Assembly (NCBI GenBank): GCA_001949185.1
Contig: BDGG01000005.1
Location: forward strand, 310,001-374,000
DNA length: 64,000 bases
Direction: 5' to 3'
DNA from: Ramazzottius varieornatus
Lineage: Eukaryota; Animalia; Tardigrada
Shown: one piece after another, positions 1-13,180 of the stretch
How the letters are laid out: each line of letters starts with the position of its first letter
Position numbering within the stretch: position 1 is the stretch's first letter
The notes under the pieces: model-generated
Told to the model about the DNA's origin: nothing
The model's database searches: none
Seen by the model: the letters and a program-made list of their open reading frames with translations, nothing else
Position numbers and translations under genes: made by a program

Positions 1-3000
1 CGGCGGAGGAGCCATTAGTCGACCGTTGTTGAACGATTGCCGAGCGACGAGATGTCTGGGCTGCTGCATCTGATTGTGGCTGTTCTGATGCATCGTCGGT
101 GGCGGAGGTCCGTTCAGAAGAGGAGGACGGCTGTGGAGGGGAGGTGGCGGACCACGAGGAGCGAAGTCTCGGTAGTTCTTTGGACGGAACTGTTGCTGTT
201 GTTGCTGCTGGCTTCTCAGGTCGGAGTTTGGTCGCATGTGTCCATTCGGGCCATCTTTGGGTTTCTGGTCCGGTTCGGTCGCGGTGACGACTTGAGCACT
301 TTGAACTTGAACAACATGGACTTCCGCCACCTGGACCGGACCTGTCTGAGTTTCGCGACTTTCATGAGCTTCAACCTTCTCACTACGAACACTCTTTGGT
401 GAATCGTTCGGCCCATCCCTACGAAGGTGAAAAGCATTTCAGATAATACTCGATGGCATTTCTGACAAGGGACTTACTTTGGCACAGTCTTTTCAGGGGA
501 AGAATCAACAGCATGAGTATCGGAAAGGCTGTTGTTGTGGCTGCTACCTCCGTTCGGGGTTCCTTTAGCGATGTCGGCGTAGCTGATGCCAGGTGTAGGT
601 AGGCGAGTAGCGGGAGCCGAAGTAGTCTTCGAGCCCTTCTTCTTGTTTAGCACTGGCATAGAAGCTACAGTTTCCGCATCACTGACATTACCAGTGTCGA
701 TATCCTCGACATGATCGGCCACGCCTTTCTTGATGTCTCCAGCAGAATTCCGGCGCCGAAGGGTGGGGAACTCCAGCGCGGTAACAGGTACCACCGCCAC
801 CGCGGGCTGTTTCGAGATGCGGGGAGGAGGCTGTGACATTCGGTTGCGGACATTGCTCTAAACAGGAAAACAAGTTTAAACCTTGATTTCCATTGGACCG
901 GAAGAGTACCAACGCATTAACGAGGTGTTTCGCAGATCTAGAAACAGTGCGCTGCAAAGATTTACAGTGCGTGGGTATGCAGGAGCGCGGTACGCCATTT
1001 AGACACTGAACCTTGCCCACACCTACGTACACTGTACCGTACACTTACTAGACTACATGTATGCAGGATCATGAAGGACTGATGCTTGCTGCGAACGTTT
1101 ATCGCAAGACATGAAGCCGAGATTGGATTTTTTGGCGAGAACTACATAAACTGACCTGTCGGTTGGGTGCAGGGTAGTTGTGTGGTGTACTGTGGGACTT
1201 GGTCGGCGATGTCTTGGCTGACACTCGTCGAGTGACGACTTGAAACTCTGTTTCTGGTGGCTGTTCGTTAGACTGTGGCTGTTCAGGGTGGACAGCCATG
1301 GCCGGTGTTTCCGGTCGCGGCGGCACTACGGGCTGTTCGTTCGGAATACTGCTGAGTGGCGAGGAAGACCTGCCTACGGCTATCGGAGCCGAAGGACTGG
1401 AAGGAAGCGAAGACTCTTTTGTGGGAAGCCCTTTGCTCTGCTCAGGCGAGGCTTTCTCTGTAATCACAAAATTAACGATTGTTATAAAGGTCCAAACTCA
1501 AGAAACCACATTCGGCAAAATTGTATCCCAAAGTGGCGCGCGTTACCAGTGCTATTGGCTAACGCGTGCGCCACTTGGGGAGAAACTATCTTGTCAATAT
1601 TGCTAACTTACTTTTCTTGGACTTTTTCTTCTTTTTCTTCTTCAGCTTGTCGATCTTCCCAACTACCACAGCTTCTTGTTTGTCCGCATCATCCACATCA
1701 GCTTCCACATCTCCCAGTCGTACATACGCACCAACTTTCAGTTCTGCTACGTCATCTGAGGAATGGGACGATCGGCCACTGGAGGAGGCCAGCTCGCCAT
1801 TGGTAGTCGGACTACAAGTGTATCTCAAGTCATCTCGCTCCATAGCCTCGATGTCGTTCTCCCACCCGGCCTGCTGCGTAATACTGTACGACACTGGGGT
1901 TTCTGGGGAAGCGTCCAAGTTGAGGCTTCGGGAATGCTTCGGAAAAGTCGGCAGTCTTGTGGAGCGTGGAGCTGCGTCAACAGCCATCTCTTGATCCGAT
2001 CCATGCGAGCTTTCAGTATCGCTTACTTTGGCCTTTCGAGCTTTCTGGCTGCCCCCCTCACCTCGGGCCACTCCGTTCTTTGGTGACATGGACGAGAAAC
2101 CCTTGGAAGGACCATCTGGGGAAGACTTCTTCTTGTTCCGGCTTCCGGGACTGGTTTCAGTTGGAGCTGAAGCGCTGTGAAGCAGTTTCTTGCTGGCTTC
2201 AGTTTCTGGGAAAAAAGTACCTGTTATGGCGCCTGATATCCATGAAGCAATATCCTTCCCGAAAAGCGGGAGCTCGGTAGGCAAACTCGACAAGAATCTT
2301 TGTACAAATAACGCACGTTTTCAGTGCTGTTGGTTGGAAGCGTGCGCCACCCAGAACATCGCTTGTTGAGATGGTTCATCTTATTACGGCAGTTTTTTAA
2401 ATACTCAGACCCGATCGAACTACGAAAGATCGCTAGAACGCCGTTAGCAAATACATATGTAGTTTAATCTTCCTGCACGAATACCATACTGCACTAGTTT
2501 CTATGAACTGAAATCAGCACAAGTGAGCCAGATTCTACCACCTTCCCACAGTGGCATTGTCTGATTGTCGGGTCCGAAACTTATGCTCGGAAGAACTTAC
2601 TTTCCAGCTTTTGTTTCTCAGTGGCAATGTAGTCGAGAAGAGCGATTCCGTCCAGTGAGGCAGTTTTTGCCAGGGCAGCATCGAAGATATTCTCGTAGGC
2701 TTTGTCTTCGTGACTGGAGTTAGGCACGTCCGTCTTTTTCGACTGGTACTTTGACAGTTTCTTCAGTTTCTCACTGCGTCCCTTCTTCTTTTCCAGGTAC
2801 CTCCCGTTGTCGAGAGCGAAAGACCCACCAAGCTGTTGGTAAGGTTGAGGATCGCTCTGCGAACCACCTCGGTTCCCGTTGTGTCGAGAAGACAATTGCG
2901 GATTGTGAGAGAACGACATTCTAGTGGATCCTTCTGAAAACACGCTGGTTATGTCACTTCAGCGGAAGTCTTGTCCACTAAATCACAGTTTATACTGATG

Positions 3001-4281
3001 GGGGGAATTGGGGATCAAGGCCATTCTTGTACTCACGATATTCAGGCTGGCGGTATTCTTCATCGTATCCGCGATTGCTAACCTTCGAGCGATCCCCATT
3101 GTTTCTATAAAATCAAGAAGTGCTTCAAAAATGATTCGCCCACCGATGGGAGGAAGACACATGGGAGTTCCGTCTGTCCTTCCGGGATGGCCAGAACCAC
3201 TTCTATCCATTCTTATATCATATAAAATACTCTCTTTACGGCGACACTTGATCGAGTTCGGTGGTTACATAACTAGTTAACTGTGCAAGTCGTTACAAAA
3301 AAGTCGACTGGAATCCATGCGAGTTTGAGGAGAATTTTCGTTTAGTTTTGAAAAACTGATTAGTGTCTTCTCTCAGTCCAGTGAATTCCTGTAGAGTTTG
3401 ACCGTTCAGAACGCTAGAGGCTTTGACGAAACCAGAGTACGGTATTTACCCGTTGTACTGATGGCTTCGTCCACCACGGCTCCCTTCTCCTCTGTTTTGT
3501 CCATTCTGAAAAGAACAACACATGGAACCAATACCACTCTTTCGATGCTGGTAATGAAGCAACGAGGCGATTACATCGGTCTGACAACTTATTTAATCAC
3601 CTCTTTTGCGTGCATATCGTGGTGGTAGTTTCGCTGGAAATTATTGGCGTAATCATCGTCCTGACATTCCAATGATTCCAAGATCAACATCCTCTGTCCC
3701 AGACCAAACTCATGCATCGAATCTGCAAGATGTTCAAAACCAGATAAGACTAATCAAGTGAAACCCTGAAAGATGGGTAAAAGCTTACCATAGTTGGAAT
3801 TCATCCCAGAAGCATCCATTTCCTCCGATTCATCCGATGCATTACTGGAAGCTTTAGACGATCCAGCAGAACCCAAAGACTGCTGGACTTGTGGAAGAGC
3901 AATGCGGTGATTTTCCTCATACTTACTATCATTCTCTCGACCTCTGTGGTCATCCGCAATAAAGGTGGTCGACTTCAAAGATGAAGGAAGACTGTGGCTA
4001 TGTTTCGGTGCCATGGAATGCATGAGTGAACTTCCGAACTTATCCTCTTCTCGGTTAATTTTCTCCTTCTCCTTCTGCAACAGCTTCAGAGCCAGGTCCC
4101 CAGGCTCGCTTGATGGTGACTTGGAGGATTTATAGCCGCCAGGTCTCATCACTACGGCGTCCAGAACCGACTTGAGGTCCGTATCCGACATGTCGTTCGG
4201 GTTGATCTCCATCAGGCTGAGCCCGTCGGCAATTTCTGCCGTCTTTGTTTTCCTCCCCTTACCTAAAGCTTGTGCAGACAT
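1..4281 (-). CDS. Multi-exon gene for a large low-complexity/disordered protein (runs off the window at position 1); unidentified
   Basis: ORF pieces 3754-4335, 2581-2943, 1586-2293, 1099-1467, 474-839 and an open frame from about 418 to 1 join through phase-compatible GT-AG introns (e.g. 1458-1611, about 2206-2600, 419-477). The product is rich in S/K/P/Q/R with a poly-K tract, an EFPTL motif and SYADIAK. Probable ATG at 4281. It could be two genes. Confidence 0.6.
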
Positions 4282-5242
4282 TCTGGTCACTTTTAACGAG
4301 AGTTTGCCATGAAGGCTTCTTTCCGGCGATGACAAACTAGATGGGGAAGAAGCGTCAAAGCCGTAGGAGTGTGAAAAACAGCTGCGCCGCCTAGGCCAGA
4401 CTCACCGACAGAACTACTCGATCTTAGGCTTCATCGTTCAAACAAGCACTAAAAACCAAAACAAGAAGGTAACAAAGAACTTTTGTCAGGTCCGTGGAGT
4501 AAACGAGGTACAGAGAGTGCGAAAAGAGCTCAGGGAAGAAAATGGCAGCCTCGAGAGGAGAACGATGCAAAAGCAAAACTCGACGGAAAATTCTTGAAGT
4601 TTTGATATTTGCGCATAAACAAACTGCTCCAGGGCCCAAGCAGCAAGTTCCAGCTGAGAAGTCCAGGGAGGCCCTTTTTGAAAAACGGCACTTTGGTGAC
4701 TGCGCTCCGCCATGCCCCACCTTCAAAATTTTCCCCGGGGGAGTGTGTCAGCCAAGTCAGAGTCAGTGTCACGGCTCACGAGCACTGGGCAATCGACCCG
4801 AGCCGGGTCCACACACCATCCTGACCTTCGAGGATCTTTCGCGAATCGGGAAATGAAAACGTCGTCCTTTTTCTCAACTTGTGAAATCCCAACGACTGGC
4901 AACAAGGACCCCTCGAGGAGTCTCATCCACTTGGTGAATATCTCAACGAAAACAAAGCAACCGAGCAGTGCGTAGCGGAATCCCCAAACACACTTTAGAA
5001 ACTGACATTAGTTAGCACGAGCTATTGTATACGAACTACGAAGCATGAACTACTAAGGTATTCACAAAAGCTGAAAAGTGGGCTTCAGAAAGGTAAGAAA
5101 CCCGCTACTGTACTATACAAGTGAAAAAACATGCATCATTTGCCAGGGTTTCTGACGAACGCACACGCATGATAACTCTTAAGCACGAGGAATTACTTCT
5201 TGGCCCAATGAGGCTACAGGTTTCGGGCGTCGACGACGGAAA

Positions 5243-6643
5243 TCATCTGGAACGACTCCGGCGAACTGAGCGTGCACCCTCTTCACGCGTTTCGTGGCGA
5301 TCGCGAGACCGATTTCGAATGGGAGAGCGACTACGCTTTCTGTTATGACGATCACGGTCTTCTCTGTGGGCAAAACTTCGATTGTCGGAGGAGCTGGACG
5401 AACGATCTCTCCGTCTGGTGGACGATGAGACCCATTTCACGTCCTTCTCCGAACGTTTCCGATTCTCCTGGAATCGTTTATCCGGGCTCGAACGTTTGTC
5501 TTTGATGGAGGTGCGGTCTCCGCGTGAACTCCTTCGATCACTCATACCGCGACGTCCGGAGGTACCTAGAGATTCACAGATTCAACCACACGAATAACTT
5601 TGGATGCGAATGGATGATCCTCATTATAATGAAATCCGGAAAACCTCACTTGCCTTTGTCCAGTTCCTTTCCATCGTTCTCCAGCTTTTCCAGCTTCTTC
5701 AGCAGCTTCTTCTTTTGCTTCTTAGTCAGGGACTTCAAGAACTCAATCTCTGCACTCTCCTCATCTTCGCTTTCGATATAAGCCTGATTACTGGCTTTGG
5801 GGTTGTTCACTCTCCAACTAGCAGCCGATTCTTTCAGTTTCAAGCCTTCTTCCCGCATCTTAGCCATAAGGTCCAACGGAGCAGCGCTCGCTGTATCAGA
5901 GAAAATACATGGTGCTACCGTCGTACCACAATGTTCTTAGGAAATGTGGAACCGACACACTTACTTGTCGCCTCCTTTCCCGTGTCTCCACGTCGTTTGT
6001 CTTCTGGGACAACCGGGGCAGCGTTGAAGAGTGGACATTCTCTGTCAGTGTTGATATGACCCCATTGGTGGCACTTTATACAGCGAACGTTCCGTACAGC
6101 GATACCAAAGGGTTGATCCCGAACATCATCCTTCCCAACAGCAAAACTGCAAAAGGCAACATTCGGTTCACAAGCCAGAGTCAATATAAAAGTTTTAGGT
6201 TATTATAACCTGGTTATATGCAAAATATGACCGGACCGGATGTGATAGAAACAACGGGCACAATACCTTTCACGAGGAGCTTGGTATTTCCTCTGCCATT
6301 CGAACTTGACTTCCGGCTCGTTAAGATCACGGTCTTCGTCCCTCTTTACACCGGGAGGTGCTTCGTACATGAAGTTGATACCAAGCTTTAGCTTCTCGTC
6401 ATTGCTCACTAACGTACGGTTGTTATACAGCTCCTGCTCCCGTTCATACTGCTTGCGAAGCTCATCTTGCTTAGTTTTCTCCTGCTCCTTCGCCTGTTCG
6501 GCCATCCATACCTACGAGCGACGAACAGTTTAGACAGCATAGAAAAAAAATCTAAAGTCTTTAGAACTTACTCGTTTGACGTTGTCCAAATTCGACGGAT
6601 GGAAGAACTTCTTGGACATATAATTATTGTATCCCTTCCCCAT
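5243..6643 (-). CDS. CIR1: Corepressor interacting with RBPJ 1 (Cir_N domain, zinc knuckle, RS-rich tail)
   Basis: N-terminus [27 protein letters not shown]; FMYEAPPG; [13 protein letters not shown]; [31 protein letters not shown]; C-terminal RS/RD repeats (5243-5545). Confidence 0.92.
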
Positions 6644-7172
6644 CTTGAAACGTGGTTTTTCTCCTCGTTCCTAACGATCCAAAGCTCCTACTCGAGACTG
6701 ACTTCGTGAACTCCAGCCGTTATCAACGAGAACCGCGTAAAGATTTTTGTCCCAGTCCGAGCAGTCCCGTAATCCCGGAAAACGTAAACAAAAACTGGAA
6801 AAAGTTTACAATTTCCCGTTGTCATAAGACAAATTGCGATAGTCAACTCACTCATCTAGTCTGAAATGAAGCACGTGATGCGTTCGGCGTTCGGGCTCAT
6901 CGATCGGTCGAACCAGGTGAACTGCAATGTGCGTTGCAGGCTTGCACTGCCTTGCAGTAGTCGTCGCTGGATCGCTATACCAGCCCACTCTGGCTACACG
7001 TACGCTGAGTCCTCTACGCTCTAACCTGCCATTTTCTTTCTCGAAGATCATCTTGCCTGTTGTGAAGCCAGATCTGGTTGGTGATCTCTCCAAGCCAAAA
7101 GTGTCAAAACCGTTCCGACTTTTGGAAGTGTGTGGTTGAAGATCTGAGCCAGCGCGACGCGGGTATCTCATC
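6644..7172. promoter_or_regulatory. Putative bidirectional promoter between CIR1 and SF3B1
   Basis: The two ATGs are head-to-head and only about 530 bp apart. No specific element was identified. Confidence 0.5.
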
Positions 7173-10100
7173 ATGGCACCGATTCCACGGACAGCTGCTG
7201 GTAAGTCTGTCATTTGATAGTGATGAAACATCTGGTCCACGAACTGTCGCTCCCGATTATGCCCCTAGTTGAGTAGCTGAGTCTCATTACGGTGTCTTGA
7301 CTTGCAGAGCTCGAAGCTCAGGTGGAGGGGGTGCGAAAGAGCGCTGCTGAGAATCAGGCAGAAAACGGTGATTATATTGGCTTTGGTCAGGCGGGCGCGT
7401 TTGATGAAGAAATCTATGGTGGCGGCAAGAAAACTGGCTCCGATAACTACCATACTACCATCGGAGGGGACGATGATAATGACGAGGACGAAGATGATGG
7501 TGATGCTCGTCCCGGAGTTGGAGTGGCGCCTAGGAAGGCGGCCTACAGAGTCTCCGAAGCTGCTCTTCGAGAGAACGCTAAGTCGGGAGCCGTAAGTGTT
7601 TATTCGATCGCTAGATCATTTCTACACATTTTTGTTCTGTCATAACAACAGTGAACTTTCTGTAGGATGTCGATCCGATGCTGGAACATCGTCGCGCCAG
7701 AGTAGCTGACAGGGAGAACGAATACAAGGCCGAACGACGGAAACGGGCTCGTTTGTCTCCGGAACGCACAGATCCCTTTGCTGATGGTAAGTCTGCTAAT
7801 GGCTCTGAGAGTCACATCCCGTTGCTTTAATTGAGTAGGATTATTTATTGATATCTGATCGGAGGAAAAGGTTGTTGATGCCTGTACCGTTAAAATTTAA
7901 AGAACTCTTAAGCTACTGATGGTAGACAGATTCATTTGTAGAGCGAAGTTGAGACGCTTGCCAAAAGCTCGAGGAACTCAAGCCAGGACTTTGAGGAAAA
8001 GTTGGCCCCACCATCAAGCGATAGCAACTAGCAACTGTATGAATATTGTTGGCAGGCTACTCGCCTTTCTTCGGTTGTTAATTCACATCTTTACAGATTT
8101 CGTTGAAGAGAATCTCTGTTGGAAAAGCACGAAACGGAGGACGAATCGAGGTCACGTACGTATTTAGTTACTATTGATGCGAACGAAATCCACTTCCTGC
8201 CTCAAAGTATACTATACGTTTATCCTTGAGAATCTGTCTACCTCAGTAGCTACTTGTGGTATGAGTGCTTTTCAAAAGTCATGTCATTTACTTCTAGCCA
8301 GTATTCCGTAATTAATAGGAAAGATTTTACGGCTTAGCTTTTCAACCGTTCATCCATCACGTGAGATATCGACCATGTTATGCTTGTTAATTGAGCAGTG
8401 CTTTCGTAATTTCAGGAGGTAAAACACCCGATGTTGGTTCACGCACCTTTGCTCGCGTTATGCGCGAGAACGACCTTCAGAAAGAGACTGCTGATATCCA
8501 GCAGCAGTTACGCGACAAGTCGAAGGCAGGCGAACTTGTGTCAGCTGGTAATGGCGAAGCTAAGTTAGTTACAGGGAGGAAAAAGGGACGCTGGGACGTG
8601 CCAACCATTAGTGCAGCGTCCATGTCCGGTTCCACACCTGTGGACGCTACCCCCGAACAGACGCAGACGTGGGCGTCCACTCCTAAGCAGCCACAAAAGT
8701 GGGACGCGACACCCCAACACATTCCTGCCGGTGCCGCTACACCGGCAGTCCCCACGGGTCCTTCCAGGTGGGACGCTACTCCCGCCACTGCACCCTCTAC
8801 CGGTGTGAGGAAGAACAGGTGGGACGAGACACCGAGAGCGACCACGGGAGCTGAAACGCCGAGCGGGGCTGGCTGGGCTGAAACACCGCACGCCGATCGT
8901 GGTGACGCTGGAGCGGAAACACCGGGTATGTCAAAGAGGAAGTCCCGATGGGATGAAACGCCTCAAGCAGCGCAGACTCCTTCGGGTGGCGGTATGATGA
9001 CACCCATGATGGGAATGACACCAGGTAACTTTTTGGTTTCATGGTCCAGTCTTCAGTCTTGGATAGTGCTTAGTTTAGTTAATGATGGTTTATCTCTCTT
9101 AGGTATGTCCACTCCGATCGGTATGAAGGCAATGGGCATGGCGACTCCGGCACCTAATCATCTGATGAACATGACGCCCGAACAAGTGCAGGCCTTCCGT
9201 TTTGAGAAGGAAATGGACGACAGAAATCGGTAAGTAACTTATCGTTGGGCATTTTATTTCGGTAAACTAATTATACGTTCTTCTTTAGATATATGACTGA
9301 TGAAGAACTTGATGCGTTGTTTCCTCCTGGTTACAAAGTCCTCCCAGCACCGGCGGGATACCAACCCATCCGCACACCGGCGAGAAAGTTGTTGGCTACT
9401 CCCACGCCGATGACAGGGATGCATGGCTTCTTCATGCAGCAAGAGACTGCAGCTTCGAATAAAGGTATGTTGAGTCTTCAATAAAGTGTGGTATCAACAG
9501 TAGTGAGTAGTTGACTGACGGTGATTTTGCTTGAAGGTATTCTGAACTCGCAGCCGATCGACCAAGAGCTGCCTATGCTGAAACCAGAAGACACGCAGTA
9601 CTTCGACAAGCTGCTGCAGGAAGTGGATGAAGAGAACCTTTCACCCGAAGAGCAGAAGGAACGACAGATCATGAAGCTGTTGCTGAAGATCAAGAACGGC
9701 ACTCCACCCATGAGAAAGTCCGCCATGCGACAGATCACAGACAAGGCTAGAGCATTCGGTGCGGGTCCGCTCTTCAACCAGATCCTGCCGCTGCTAATGT
9801 CGCCCACGCTGGAAGACCAAGAACGTCATCTGCTCGTCAAAGTCATCGATCGCGTGCTGTATAAGCTCGACGATATGGTGCGTCCATATGTCCATAAAAT
9901 TCTGGTGGTCATTGAGCCGCTGCTCATTGACGAAGACTACTATGCTCGAGTGGAAGGTCGTGAGATCATCTCGAACTTGGCCAAAGCGGCGGGCTTAGCT
10001 ACCATGATTTCAGTCATGCGTCCTGATATCGACAACATTGATGAGTACGTCCGAAATACCACGGCAAGAGCCTTTGCGGTCGTGGCTTCAGCGCTGGGTA

Positions 10101-13100
10101 TTCCTTCGCTGATTCCCTTCTTGAAGGCGGTCTGTAAGAGCAAGAAGTCATGGCAAGCACGACACACTGGTAAGGAAACCTATTCCACTCTGATTCCGCA
10201 GAAATTCAAAAAACTGTTTGAGACTTGAGCAAATATTAAAACTCAACGGTATCGTTTTCCCAATCAGCGCAACTTTTAGCCTTAGCAGGAAAAACATGCG
10301 GCAATTGGGGAAAAAAAGTTTGGTCGAGTTGGAAAGTTTTCGTAAGTGGCGCACGTTGCCAGTGCTGTTGACTGGTAGCTTGCGCCACTCAGAAAAACGA
10401 TTTGAAATTATGGGTTTGTTTGCATTTAGTTCGTTGCTGGTTGATTGACTGTCGATTTTCCATTATAGGTATCAAGATTGTGCAGCAGATCGCCATCTTG
10501 ATGGGTTGCGCGGTTCTCCCGCACTTGATGAGTCTGGTTGACATTATTTACCATGGTTTGGAAGACGAGCAACAGAAGGTCAGGACTATCACAGCTCTGT
10601 CGTTGGCTGCCTTGGCCGAAGCAGCTGCTCCGTATGGTATCGAGTCCTTCGATGCGGTCCTGAAGCCGCTGTGGCACGGTATCCGAACTCACCGCGGTAA
10701 AGGTTTGGCTGCTTTCCTGAAGGCCATCGGATTCCTGATCCCTCTGATGGACGCCGAGTACGCTTCATACTACACCCGAGAAGTGATGATCATTCTCATT
10801 CGAGAGTTTTCATCGCCTGACGAAGAGATGAAGAAGATCGTACTAAAGGTAAACCTTCTAACTGAATATGTTTTTCGCATCCACCTGCATACTATAACGT
10901 TACGTGAAAGATTGGTTCAAAGTATGCAGGTGCACGGAATAGTACTGCAACGTTGCTCTATCGGTGCCTCTCATATACCTAGATACATGAATTCCATCAT
11001 GAGTTACGGGACTCATGTATGCAGATGCGTGAAACCATCTGTCTTGTCTTCATCTGATTTTCGTTCGGTTGTTTCTGTAGGTGGTGAAGCAGTGTTGTGG
11101 AACGGAAGGTGTTGAACCACAGTACATTCGGGATGAAATTCTCCCTCACTTCTTCCGCGCCTTCTGGAATCATCGAATGGCGTTGGACAAGAGGAACTAC
11201 AAGCAGCTGGTCGAGACCACCGTGGAGATTGCCAACAAGGTTGGTGCCTCGACCATCATCACTAAGATTGTCGACGACCTGAAGGACGAAAACGAACAGT
11301 ATAGAAAGATGGTAATGGAAACAGTCGAGAAGGTTCTCGAGATGTTGGGTTCGGCTGATATCGACGCCCGTCTGGAGGAACAGCTTATCGACGGTATCCT
11401 GTACGCTTTCCAAGAACAGACCACCGAAGATATCGTCATGTTGAGTGGCTTTGGCATGGTCATCAACTCCCTAGGTAAGAACAATCGTCATGAAAGTATC
11501 TGATCTCTGTGAACGGTATCTTAGTGTAATTGGATAAAAATAAACAAAATCGGTCGAAATTTCAGGTACCTGCATACTTTGTGACCGTTGCATGTGTACG
11601 GCTCGGTGTATGTAGGTGCACGAAAGAGTGGCCATTTCGTTCGGTGGCTGCTCATTCAGGTTTTACTTTTGTGTTTCGTGCAGGCAAACGTTGCAAGCCA
11701 TATCTACCTCAGATTTGCGGTACGATCCTGTGGCGCCTGAACAACAAAGCTGCTAAAGTTCGTCAACAAGCCGCGGACCTGATTTCCAAAGTGGCCGGTG
11801 TCATGAAGCTGTGTAACGAAGAGAAGCTGATGGGCCATTTGGGTAAGTGCAATCTGTTATTACTTATTAGTTATCAAACACGAATATAAACTACTGACCT
11901 TTTGTCTTAAACAGGTGTCGTCCTGTACGAATATCTGGGCGAAGAATACCCTGAAGTCCTGGGTAGTATCCTCGGCGCCCTCAAGGGTATCGTCAACGTC
12001 ATCGGCATGACCAAGATGACGCCACCAATCAAAGACCTCCTCCCTCGATTGACCCCTATCCTCAAGAATCGCCACGAGAAGGTCCAGGAGAACTGCATCG
12101 ACTTGGTAGGTCGCATCGCAGATCGAGGTGCCGAGTATGTTAGTGCGCGAGAGTGGATGCGTATCTGTTTCGAGCTGTTGGAGCTACTGAAGGCCCATAA
12201 GAAAGCCATTCGAAGAGCCACCGTCAATACTTTTGGGTATATCGCGAAAGCTATTGGCCCGCATGATGTCTTGGCAACTCTGTTGAACAACCTGAAGGTA
12301 CAGGAACGACAGAACAGAGTGTGTACTACGGTGGCTATTGCTATAGTGGCCGAGACCTGTTCACCGTTTACGGTACTTCCGGCTCTGATGAACGAATATA
12401 GAGTACCGGAACTGAACGTTCAGAATGGTGTGCTGAAGGCCATGTCGTTCATGTTCGAGTACATCGGCGAGATGGGCAAGGACTACATCTATGCAGTGAC
12501 GCCGTTGCTGGAAGACGCACTGATGGACCGGTGAGTTACTAAAATACTTTTTCAAACAACGGTTTCTTCAATTGAGACTCAGACAAGAAGCCTGACTTTT
12601 CACACACCTGCATGCATGCATTTCGCGGTAAGTGTACGGTGATGCGTACGCAGGTACGGGAAAGGGTGGGGTGATTGACTTTCACGTACCTGCATACATG
12701 CCTATCACGACTGATGTCTACAATCTTGTAGGCAGGTATGTGAAAGGTAGATTTATTCTGCTTTTCCGCCCTGCATTTTCTCATCAAGTTGCATTCTGTT
12801 TCAGCGATTTGGTGCATCGTCAGACGGCATGCTCGGCAGTCGCACACATGGCACTGGGTGTGTTTGGGTTCGGGTGTGAAGATGCGCTGAACCATCTGTT
12901 GAACTGCGTCTGGCCCAACATCTTCGAGACATCGCCGCATATGGCACAAGCCTTCATGGCGGCCGTGGAAGGAATGCGGGTCTCGTTGGGCCCAGTTCGG
13001 CTGCTGCAGTACACACTCCAAGGCCTTTTCCATCCAGCTCGCCGTGTTCGGGAAAACTACTGGCGAGTGTACAACACGCTGTACATTGGAGCACAGGACG

Positions 13101-13180
13101 CCATGGTAGCTGCCTACCCGAAAGTACCCAACGATGAAAGGAATGTCTTCGAACGGTACGAACTGGACTACATTCTCTAA
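7173..13180 (+). CDS. SF3B1: Splicing factor 3B subunit 1 (U2 snRNP HEAT-repeat protein)
   Basis: Start [14 protein letters not shown]; RWDETP/TP (ULM) repeats; [19 protein letters not shown]; [12 protein letters not shown]; [14 protein letters not shown]; DEQQKVRT; ends YELDYIL. More than 10 exons with GT-AG introns. Confidence 0.98.

Noticed and set aside
1240-1994. Plus-strand ORFs of 102-188 aa
   Set aside because: They are antisense shadows of the low-complexity minus-strand gene.
10030-12240. Possible natural substitutions at SF3B1 cancer or drug-resistance hotspots
   Set aside because: Residues equivalent to E622, R625, H662, K666, K700 and R1074 appear canonical.
10883-12737. CRISPR-like reading of the repeat/30-bp spacer units
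   Set aside because: The repeats are inverted pairs dispersed in spliceosomal introns, not a direct-repeat array. There are no cas genes and the context is eukaryotic.
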